Under the pieces are notes generated by a model. It was not told the DNA's origin, did no database searches, and saw nothing but the letters and a program-made list of their open reading frames with translations. Shown here one piece after another: positions 24,234 to 31,520 of a DNA stretch of 32,000 bases. Source of the stretch: Thermofilum pendens Hrk 5 (lineage in GTDB: Archaea; Thermoproteota; Thermoprotei; Thermofilales; Thermofilaceae); the NCBI RefSeq assembly GCF_000015225.1, contig NC_008698.1:630001-662000 (forward strand). The letters are read 5' to 3'. The stretch's first letter is position 1. Every line of letters begins with the position of its first letter. A program made the position numbers and the translations under genes.

Positions 24234-26063
24234 ATGACGCGCCAGGAGGCTTTACGCGCGGAGGAGTTTCGCTTGGATTATTCTCAGCTTGCTGGTCTCT
24301 CTTACGAGGATATAGCTAAGGTTGCAGCGTCTGTACGCGAAAAGCTGATGCCGAGGTTGGGGGTAGACTACAAGCTTTACCTGTCGAAGAGGCCTCCCAT
24401 CAAGGAAGGCGAGGAGCTGATCGCGTATACCCAGTCGGCGTGCCCGGAGTGCAACTCGTTGCTGACGGCGGTTATATTTAAGCGCGAGGGGAAGGTGTTC
24501 ATACGCAAGGTTTGCCCAGAACACGGAGAATTCGAAGAGCTTTACTTCGGCGACGCTGAGATGTACGAGCGTTTCCGGAGGTACCAGAGGGATGGGAAGG
24601 GGAACGTAATCTCGCACCTACCGGTGACAGCCCCGTGTCCCTATAATTGCGGCGTATGCACTAGGCATAGATCCCACGCGGCTTTGATAAACATCGTGTT
24701 GACAAACCGGTGTGATCTTAGCTGCTTCTACTGCTTCTTCTTCGCCTCCAAGTCCGGCTACATATACGAGCCTTCTCTCGAGCACATAAGGTACATGCTG
24801 AGGCAGGCTAGGCTCACAGAGCCTGTGAAGCCCCCGGCTATACAGCTTACGGGCGGCGAGCCCACGCTTAGGGACGACCTCTTAGAGATTATAAAGATGG
24901 CGCGTGAAGAGGGCTTCACGCATATTCAGCTAAACACGAACGGTATCAGGCTGGCGTTCGACCCGGAGCTTGCAGTCAAGGTGAGGCAGGCCGGTGTTAA
25001 CACGGTCTATATGAGCTTCGATGGGGTGTCGCCGTTCTCCAACCCGAAGAACCACTGGGAGGTTCCATACGCCTTGGACAACTTGAGGAAAGCGGGTCTA
25101 GGAGTGGTTCTCGTTCCGACCGTTATAAAGCACTACAACCTCTCGGAGGTAGGCAAGATAATCCAGTTCGGGCTCCAGAACAACGACATAGTAAGGGGGG
25201 TGAACTTCCAGCCCGTATCTATCGTCGGCAGGATGCCGAGAAAGGAGAGGGACAAGGAGAGGGTTACGATACCCGATGTTATAAAGGCTATAGAGGAGCA
25301 GACGGGAGGGCAAATAAAAGCTGAGGACTGGTACCCCGTACCGAGCGTGGTCCCGATATCGAGGTTCGTCGAGGCATTGACGGGTAAGCCCCAGCTAGCC
25401 TTCACGACGCACTTTGCATGCGGAGCCGCTACCTACGTTTGGCAGGAGGACGGAGAAATAATACCCATAACCCGCTTCGTCCACGTAGACGAGTTCTTCC
25501 GGTTCCTGGACGCGAAGGCAGATGAGCTCGAGAAAGGGAAGAACAAGTACCTAGTCATGCTGGAGCTTATGTGGAACCTCAGGAAGTTCGTCGATGCGTC
25601 TAAGGCTCCCCGCAGGCTCCGGGAAGGCAACCGCCTGCTCAAGATACTCTACAGGGTTTTCGTAAAACACGACTACGAGAGCCTAGGAGAATTCCACTAC
25701 AACACACTGTTCCTCGGAATGATGCACTTCCAGGATCTGTACAACCACGACGTCGCGAGGGTTATGAGGTGCGATATACACTACGTAATGCCTGACGGCA
25801 GACAGGTCCCCTTCTGCTCTTTCAACGTCCTCCCAGACCTCTACAGGGATCGTGCTCAGAGAGTGTTCTCGTACTCGATAAAGGACTGGGAGAAACTAAC
25901 AGGGAAGAGGTTGGTAGAGGACCACTACAAGAGAAACATCAAGAAGCTGATCTCCGGGGAGCCCTACAGAAGGCACTACTCGAAGATAATAGACATAGAC
26001 TCTATACCCTACGAGCAACACGTACTAGCCTCGAAGAGATTCGGCATCCCTGTCATCGAATAA
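24234..26063 (+). CDS. tes: Radical SAM enzyme, tetraether lipid synthase (Tes/GDGT-MAS)-like
   Basis: 609 aa. SD GGAGGGTGAG lies 5 nt upstream. There is an N-terminal Cys knuckle pair (CPEC...CPEH), a CPYNCGVC motif, the radical SAM motif CDLSCFYC, and a large C-terminal domain. This architecture fits the Tes family as I recall it. Confidence 0.55.
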   Translation: MTRQEALRAEEFRLDYSQLAGLSYEDIAKVAASVREKLMPRLGVDYKLYLSKRPPIKEGEELIAYTQSACPECNSLLTAVIFKREGKVFIRKVCPEHGEFEELYFGDAEMYERFRRYQRDGKGNVISHLPVTAPCPYNCGVCTRHRSHAALINIVLTNRCDLSCFYCFFFASKSGYIYEPSLEHIRYMLRQARLTEPVKPPAIQLTGGEPTLRDDLLEIIKMAREEGFTHIQLNTNGIRLAFDPELAVKVRQAGVNTVYMSFDGVSPFSNPKNHWEVPYALDNLRKAGLGVVLVPTVIKHYNLSEVGKIIQFGLQNNDIVRGVNFQPVSIVGRMPRKERDKERVTIPDVIKAIEEQTGGQIKAEDWYPVPSVVPISRFVEALTGKPQLAFTTHFACGAATYVWQEDGEIIPITRFVHVDEFFRFLDAKADELEKGKNKYLVMLELMWNLRKFVDASKAPRRLREGNRLLKILYRVFVKHDYESLGEFHYNTLFLGMMHFQDLYNHDVARVMRCDIHYVMPDGRQVPFCSFNVLPDLYRDRAQRVFSYSIKDWEKLTGKRLVEDHYKRNIKKLISGEPYRRHYSKIIDIDSIPYEQHVLASKRFGIPVIE

Positions 26064-26082
26064 CGCGCAGAGGCGCTTGCAG

Positions 26083-26559
26083 ATGAAGGCATTCGCGTTT
26101 GAGCTAAAGGCGGTAGACCCTAAACCCTTAGACCTAGCGGTAAAGCCGTACCTACTCACTGTTTGCTCGGGCAAGGCTACGGTTCTTTCACCGGTCAGGA
26201 GGAGGCAGTTTTTAGAGGAGGACCTGGTGGGCTTTGACGAAGAGATAGGTTTCCTAATCGGTATTGTTTACAACGATTTCTTTCACGGGGAGGGTAACGT
26301 AGAGGTCTTCGAGTATGATGTCTCCTCTAGTTGCGAGATGGTAGCGAAAATATACGAAGTGAGGGACTCAGGTTTCCTTTACTACAGGGCACGCGTCTAT
26401 AAGCGCTCAGAGGGCGTTGAGGGCTGGACGGTAATTTTCAGCGATCACTTTTCGAAGCCGGGGAGGCCGAAGCACAAGCTCGAAGAGCTTTCGGCGATAA
26501 TCGGGGTACGCTTAGAGGAACTCGCGGAAGCTTTAAAGGAGGAGCACGCGGCGAAGTAA
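26083..26559 (+). CDS. Hypothetical protein (no family recognised)
   Basis: 158 aa from ATG 26083 (TTG 26077 in the ORF track). It starts 20 nt after the tes-like stop on the same strand, and its composition is typical of genuine coding sequence. Confidence 0.55.
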   Translation: MKAFAFELKAVDPKPLDLAVKPYLLTVCSGKATVLSPVRRRQFLEEDLVGFDEEIGFLIGIVYNDFFHGEGNVEVFEYDVSSSCEMVAKIYEVRDSGFLYYRARVYKRSEGVEGWTVIFSDHFSKPGRPKHKLEELSAIIGVRLEELAEALKEEHAAK

Positions 26560-26707
26560 GTTTGCACGTTTTCGTAAAAGTTCATTGTAAGCTGGGAAGA
26601 GTCTGCGACAGTAGGATACTGGCGTATCGTCGTTTGTCGATAAAAAATTGTTTATCAGCGAAAGACATAAAAACCTTTCCACGTTATATGGTTAAGCATA
26701 TAAACCA

Positions 26708-27061
26708 ATGGTGGACATTGCTATGCAGTCTTCCCGTACGATCGAGGAGAAACAAAAACTTCTCGAACACCTTGCGTCGGTAGTCGAAGAACTCTTGAGA
26801 AACACGAAGTCTTCCCAGATATCCATAAAGCTTAGAACCCTTTTAAGGTACGCGTACGTGTCCTACGTAAAGAAAACATCCGATATAAACGTTATACGGG
26901 GGCTTGTCCCCCGTGTTAGGCCTCCCGCGTGGCTTACCAACCAGTACTACTACAGAGAGATAGAATTGATGCTTAAAACGCGCTTTAACGCCAGGATTGA
27001 GAATAGGAGGCAGTTTAGGTACGTCGTCCTGTACAAGAATCCATCGAACTTCAGGCGCTAG
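26708..27061 (+). CDS. Hypothetical basic protein in an AT-richer islet
   Basis: 117 aa, K/R/Y-rich. An ATATAAA box at 26694-26700 lies 26 nt upstream of the internal ATG 26723, so a leaderless start at MQSSRT is possible. A T-rich tract follows the stop. Confidence 0.5.
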   Translation: MVDIAMQSSRTIEEKQKLLEHLASVVEELLRNTKSSQISIKLRTLLRYAYVSYVKKTSDINVIRGLVPRVRPPAWLTNQYYYREIELMLKTRFNARIENRRQFRYVVLYKNPSNFRR

Positions 27062-27080
27062 CCGCTTACCCTTTAAACTA

Positions 27081-27096
27081 TCTTTCTTTCTTTTTT
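27081..27096 (+). terminator. Oligo-T tract in a convergent gap
   Basis: TCTTTCTTTCTTTTTT lies 20 nt after the 27061 stop and abuts the stop of the minus-strand PUA gene. Confidence 0.45.
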
Positions 27097-27580
27097 ACTC
27101 AGATTCTCCTGCACCCGTACGTGTCTTGATAGCTTTCCCTCTACGTATAACCCCCATAGAGTCTCCAGGCAACATGGCTTTGCCCGAGCCACTTACGCGA
27201 GCCTCTTCTCCAGAAATCACGGCCACCTCGTCTCCGGGGAGAATCTCTCGATCGGCTTCAATCACGTGTTTAGAGAAGACCGTCCTTCCCTGAGAAACGT
27301 ACCGAGCGACGTCTTCGGGGACCTCTACGAAGTAACAGCGCCTAACAGAGAGCAGTAGCCTCCACCCCTCCGGCGTGGGTACGATGAAGCCGTCCGACAG
27401 CCTTACGGACGCGAAAAGAGTGTCCCCTACGAAGATTTTCCTTATACGTCCCGTCCTACGCGACCTCTCAACGGATAGCTTGTCCCCGAGTCTCTCCAAG
27501 TCGAAGTCCACTCCAAACTGGTAAAGTAGTAGCCTTTGAAGCGCCTTGCGCTCCCAGGGTGAAGGCTTCTCTCTCTCCAT
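27095..27580 (-). CDS. Stand-alone PUA-domain RNA-binding protein (pre-PUA plus PUA, ArcTGT C-terminal-like)
   Basis: 161 aa. The C-terminal PUA pattern is VFSKHVIEADREILPGDEVAVISGEEARVSGSGKAMLPGDSM. Confidence 0.65.
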   Translation of the reverse strand: MEREKPSPWERKALQRLLLYQFGVDFDLERLGDKLSVERSRRTGRIRKIFVGDTLFASVRLSDGFIVPTPEGWRLLLSVRRCYFVEVPEDVARYVSQGRTVFSKHVIEADREILPGDEVAVISGEEARVSGSGKAMLPGDSMGVIRRGKAIKTRTGAGESE

Positions 27581-27668
27581 AAAGCCTCAAACGGGGAACT
27601 TGCACAACATTGATAAATATTCACTGCAGGGGGCTTGACACCCGCTCTTCTACATGTTTGGGAGCATG

Positions 27669-27750
27669 GGCTAGGCACATTCCCAGAGGCTACGCGACGC
27701 GCTCGTCGCACGCGAGCCGCGAAAGATACATAAGACTCGTGTGCCTAGTC
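27669..27750. promoter_or_regulatory. Inverted repeat bracketing the mbf1 TATA box
   Basis: GGCTAGGCACA (27669-27679) and TGTGCCTAGTC (27740-27750) are complementary at 10/11. They enclose a GCGACG-CGCT-CGTCGC hairpin (27694-27709) and the ATACATAAGA box (27726-27735). Confidence 0.4.
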
Positions 27751-27760
27751 TTACCCTTAG

Positions 27761-28243
27761 ATGGTGCGCTGCGAGATCTGCGGAAGAGAGATACGGGGAC
27801 CGGCTTACAGGGTACGAGTCGAGGGGGCTGAACTCATAGTGTGTTCGCAGTGTGCAAAAGGTAAGACTGTAATAGGTGTGTTAACCTTCTCCCAGGGAGC
27901 ACCTTCTAAGCCGAGAACCGCGGTAACGAGGCGGAGGCGCGGTGGAGAAGTGGAGGAGATAATAGTCGAGAACTACGGGGAGATCATAAGGAGTGCTCGT
28001 GAGCGCATGGGATGGACTAGGGATGTCTTAGCGGCCATGGTGGGAGAGAAGGAGTCGACCATTAGGAGGATAGAGGCTGGGCAACTGGAGCCAACGATAG
28101 ACCTGGCGAGAAAGCTTGAAAAGGTGTTAAAGGTGAAGTTGATAGAAGAGCTCACGGACTACGGTGACTACTCGGAGGACTACGGCTACGAGGGCGTTAC
28201 ATTAGGGGACATAGCCGAGTTTAGGGATAGAGGGGATATATGA
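27761..28243 (+). CDS. mbf1: Archaeal multiprotein bridging factor 1 (zinc ribbon plus XRE-type HTH)
   Basis: The pattern CEICGREI...CSQCAK is followed by an HTH (IRSARERMGWTRDVLAAMVGEKESTIRRIEAG). Confidence 0.92.
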   Translation: MVRCEICGREIRGPAYRVRVEGAELIVCSQCAKGKTVIGVLTFSQGAPSKPRTAVTRRRRGGEVEEIIVENYGEIIRSARERMGWTRDVLAAMVGEKESTIRRIEAGQLEPTIDLARKLEKVLKVKLIEELTDYGDYSEDYGYEGVTLGDIAEFRDRGDI

Positions 28244-29514
28244 GCGTCGACGGGAGACAAGCAGTAATAGTAGTTGCTAGGCTCTCCGGGAAGGGAGATC
28301 TGGCGCTACTCGACGAGCTCCGAAAGTTGGTGGAAGCCGCCGGCTACGCTGTTGCCGGTGAACTTCTCCAGAAGTCCAGGTACGAGGACCCGAAGTACAA
28401 CATAGGTAGGGGGAAGGTTCTAGAGCTGAAGAGGCTCGTAGAGGAGAAGAAGCCCCTCAAGGTAGTCTTTTTGAACGATCTTAAGCCGAACCAGGCGTAC
28501 AACTTGTCGAAGGAGACAGGCGTGGAGGTGATTGATAGGTACGAGCTGATCCTGGAGATATTCGCGAAGCGAGCCGGAAGCCGTGAATCAAAGCTTCAAA
28601 TCGAGCTTGCGAAGCTAAAGAGGGAGCTGAGCTTCGCCAAGGAGTACATTAACCTGGCGAAGAGAGGCGAGCTTCACGGCTTTCTCGGTGGAGGAAAGTA
28701 CGCCGTAGACGCCTACTACGCATACGTCTCTATGCGCATATCGAAGATAGAGGAAGAATTGAGGAAGATTAGAAAAATGAAGGAGGAAAGGATAGCCAGG
28801 AGGGTGGAGGCGGGTCTCTATACGGTGGCCCTGACCGGGTATACGGGCGCTGGGAAAACGACTCTTTTCAACGTTCTGACGGGCGAGAACGGCTATATTG
28901 ATGGTAAACCCTTCGCCACTCTTTCCACGCTTTCTCGTAGAACGTACTTCCACGGCTTCCCAGTACTTGTGACCGACACTATAGGCTTTATTGACGATCT
29001 ACCGGATGCCCTGGTCGACGCCTTCTATACCACCCTGAGAGAAACTCTCGCAGCCGATGTTATCCTGCTAGTACTGGACGTGTCCGATACTCCAGCAGAG
29101 ATCAGGCGGAAATTAACGGCTAGCATGGAAGTCCTCTTGAACCTCGGCGTTCCCCCGACGCGCATACTTCTCGTTGGGAACAAGATCGACAAAGTCTCCT
29201 CCGCCGAGCTTGAAGAAAGGGAGCGGCTCCTCGAGGATAGCGGGCTACGCTACACGCTAATATCTGCTGCGAGGCGTATAGGCATACATGAATTGACGCA
29301 AGCCGTTGTAGAGATGCTTCCCGAAAAGGTCTCTGCAACCCTAGCGCTAACGCGGGAGGCCCTAGCCGAGGATCTGAGGGAGCTTCTCGACAGGTGCAGG
29401 GTGAGGGAGGTCGTTCAGGGTTCCGATGGAAAGTTGCTCGTAGTCGTCGAGGGTAGAAGAGACATTGTAGCCAGACTTCAGGCACGCGCGGGGATGGGGC
29501 TTGTCGACGGGTAG
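28240..29514 (+). CDS. hflX: GTPase HflX
   Basis: An HflX N-terminal domain is followed by G motifs GYTGAGKTTL, DTIGF and NKID. The start overlaps the mbf1 stop (ATGA). Confidence 0.94.
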   Translation: MSVDGRQAVIVVARLSGKGDLALLDELRKLVEAAGYAVAGELLQKSRYEDPKYNIGRGKVLELKRLVEEKKPLKVVFLNDLKPNQAYNLSKETGVEVIDRYELILEIFAKRAGSRESKLQIELAKLKRELSFAKEYINLAKRGELHGFLGGGKYAVDAYYAYVSMRISKIEEELRKIRKMKEERIARRVEAGLYTVALTGYTGAGKTTLFNVLTGENGYIDGKPFATLSTLSRRTYFHGFPVLVTDTIGFIDDLPDALVDAFYTTLRETLAADVILLVLDVSDTPAEIRRKLTASMEVLLNLGVPPTRILLVGNKIDKVSSAELEERERLLEDSGLRYTLISAARRIGIHELTQAVVEMLPEKVSATLALTREALAEDLRELLDRCRVREVVQGSDGKLLVVVEGRRDIVARLQARAGMGLVDG

Positions 29515-30046
29515 ACGAGTATTCGTTCTAAGAATAGGGCACAGGCCCGTCAGAGATCACCGTGTAACCACGCACGTAGGGCTCGTGGCGCGAGCTTTCG
29601 GTGCCGACGGGATATTTCTCGAGGAGAGCGTCGAGGAAAGCGTGATAAGGACGCTGAGGAACGTTGTGGAGAATTGGGGTGGCGACTTCAAAGTGCTGAC
29701 AACGAGGGATCCACGGGAAACCGTGGCTAACTGGAAGAAGAACGGCGGGATAGTCGTACACCTGACCATGTACGGAGAGAATATCTCCGAGGAATTAATA
29801 AATCTTATATCCGGGCAGGGCAAAGATATACTGGTAGTCGTGGGCGGTGAAAAAGTTCCTCGATGGCTCTTTGAAGAAGCCGACTTTAATGTGGCTATAG
29901 GCAACCAACCGCACAGCGAAGTCGCCGCACTAGCGGTATTTCTCGACAGGCTCTTCAAAGGAGAGGAGCTCCGCAGAGAGTTTCCCGGGGCTAAATTATC
30001 CATTATCCCGTCTAAGAGAGGGAAGATCGTGGTGAGAAGGGAATGA
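29501..30046 (+). CDS. trm56: tRNA (cytidine56-2'-O)-methyltransferase aTrm56 (SPOUT)
   Basis: The motifs VLRIGHRPVRDHRVTTHVGLVARAFGADG and GGEKVP are present. The TTG start overlaps hflX by 14 nt. Confidence 0.88.
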   Translation: MSTGRRVFVLRIGHRPVRDHRVTTHVGLVARAFGADGIFLEESVEESVIRTLRNVVENWGGDFKVLTTRDPRETVANWKKNGGIVVHLTMYGENISEELINLISGQGKDILVVVGGEKVPRWLFEEADFNVAIGNQPHSEVAALAVFLDRLFKGEELRREFPGAKLSIIPSKRGKIVVRRE

Positions 30047-30579
30047 ATGCACACGAAGCCTTGGCAGAGATTGCCGGAAAGATGTTCGGGGATAATGCCA
30101 AGAAGGTGATGATGGTTCTCGCCAGTAACGTTGAGGTCTCCGACGAAGACCTGGCGAAGGACCTGAAAATGGATCCGCCCGAGCTTAGGAAGTTGCTCAA
30201 TGATCTCTTCGAAGCGAGGCTCGTTAAGTACCGGAGAGCGCGCGACGAGAACATAGGTTGGTACAAGTACTACTGGCGTATAACCGATGAGCCGATCCAG
30301 CAAATACTCAGTGATAGGAAGAGGCTTACGCTAAGTATTCTAGAAAAAGTGCTTTCGCTGGAGGAGAACTCCGAGACATACGTATGCCCTAAGTGCGGCA
30401 CACGGTACACTGTGGATGAGGCGGAGAACAACAACTACACGTGCGAGGTATGCGGCGAGGTCCTCGAACCTTTCGACAACACGCACCGAGTCGAGAAACT
30501 TAAGAGGGCGATCGAACTACTAGGAAACTGGGACCCCTCTCCAAAACAACAAGCATCGCGCGCCATCCCTCATGCATGA
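30043..30579 (+). CDS. tfe: Transcription factor E (TFE alpha)
   Basis: A winged helix (SDEDLAKDLKMDPPELRKLLNDLFEARLVKY..GWYKYYW) is followed by a zinc ribbon (CPKCGTRY...CEVCGEVL). The start overlaps the trm56 stop (ATGA). Confidence 0.92.
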   Translation: MNAHEALAEIAGKMFGDNAKKVMMVLASNVEVSDEDLAKDLKMDPPELRKLLNDLFEARLVKYRRARDENIGWYKYYWRITDEPIQQILSDRKRLTLSILEKVLSLEENSETYVCPKCGTRYTVDEAENNNYTCEVCGEVLEPFDNTHRVEKLKRAIELLGNWDPSPKQQASRAIPHA

Positions 30580-30613
30580 ATGCGTCCGCGCGCGTCGATG
30601 CCGTGTATAAAAT

Positions 30614-30751
30614 GGGGGCCGGGCGCCTTTCCCTGGTGGTTTACCCTTATTCCTGCCCTGTCCTCAGCTTTCTAAACGCTCTTTCTCGCGCCTTCCTTAG
30701 GCGTTCCAAGAGACGTTCTACATTTCGGCGGGCGCGCGCGAGTAAAGTTAT
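30614..30751 (-). pseudogene. Start-less relic of the 3' end of a paralogue of ORF 18295-19722 (inverted orientation)
   Basis: The minus strand reads ..RRAARNVERLLERLRKARERAFRKLRTGQE*, with the stop at 30649-30647. It is followed by ACCACCAGGGAAAGGCGCCCGGCCCCC, which matches 19724-19750 at 26/27. An in-frame stop at 30754-30752 closes the frame upstream. Confidence 0.65.
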
Positions 30752-30839
30752 CTAGCCTTGGAAAAGTTATCCTAGTGCGCTTTTACTTTCGCCGAACATG
30801 AAAGGTAATTTAACCCGGGTAATACGAAGGTAGTACGCT

Positions 30840-31481
30840 ATGTCTGATGAGCTGAGGAACGTACTGTCGAACCTTACGGATACCGAAAGAAGGATAGTAG
30901 AGGTATACATGCAGAGGGGAGGCTCCGCGAAGGAAATTGCTAGTCTTCTGAATGTCTCCGAGAGAACAGTCTACAAGGCTCTCTACAAGTACAGGAAACT
31001 GGCGCTCGAGCAGGGAATAGACCCCTCCAACTTTTACCTCAGGAAGACAATTGCCGGCACGGCTGCTAAACCTGTACAGCAAGGCGTGCCCAGCGAACTC
31101 TTAGAGAGCATCAAGCAAGAGCTTGTCAGCGAGTTGGCAAAGATAGTCGAAGAAAGTGTACAGAGAGCTTTGAAGAGCATGCTCGAAGACCTAGTTGTTC
31201 CAAGGCAGGATCAACGGGCACCGGTGGAACCTGTTAAACCCGCCGTGCTGGAACCCCACTACGATCAAGTGCTGTACAGGCTGTCTGATGTGCTCGAAAA
31301 GCTCAACTACAACATTGAGAGGCTGGCGGAGAAAATAGACAGGCTGGACAGTTCGGGCACCGCTAAGGCGATAGCCCACGAACCCTACTCGTGGCAGGCT
31401 AAGCCTATAACCACCGAGGTCAGCATGCCCAGTTACGTGCAAGGAAACCCGTGGCTAGAAATACTGTCGAGGAGACAATGA
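30840..31481 (+). CDS. HTH (sigma-70 region 4/LuxR-like) domain protein with coiled-coil C-terminal half
   Basis: 213 aa. The N-terminus LTDTERRIVEVYMQRGGSAKEIASLLNVSERTVYKALYKYRK is a clear HTH. A TAATTTAAC box lies about 30 nt upstream. The C-terminus ends ..SYVQGNPWLEILSRRQ. Confidence 0.65.
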   Translation: MSDELRNVLSNLTDTERRIVEVYMQRGGSAKEIASLLNVSERTVYKALYKYRKLALEQGIDPSNFYLRKTIAGTAAKPVQQGVPSELLESIKQELVSELAKIVEESVQRALKSMLEDLVVPRQDQRAPVEPVKPAVLEPHYDQVLYRLSDVLEKLNYNIERLAEKIDRLDSSGTAKAIAHEPYSWQAKPITTEVSMPSYVQGNPWLEILSRRQ

Positions 31482-31520
31482 AGGGTCTTTTTCCTTGGCT
31501 TTGTGTTCGGCGCTCTGGCA

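Noticed and set aside
26562-26783. 73-aa ORF in the AT-rich islet
   Set aside because: It overlaps the better-supported 26708-27061 ORF and its promoter elements, and it has no start context.
30096-30110. C-box-like GUGAUGA/AUGAUGA hits inside coding regions (30098 on +, 31672-31680 on -, 10861 on -, 15007 on +)
   Set aside because: No D'/D CUGA box lies at 12-nt spacing, and all of them sit in frame inside well-supported genes.
29557-30303. 248-aa ORF on the minus strand
   Set aside because: It lies entirely antisense to trm56 and tfe, both of which have unmistakable family motifs. Its Ser/Leu/Pro-rich shadow-frame composition points to an artefact of GC-rich codon usage.
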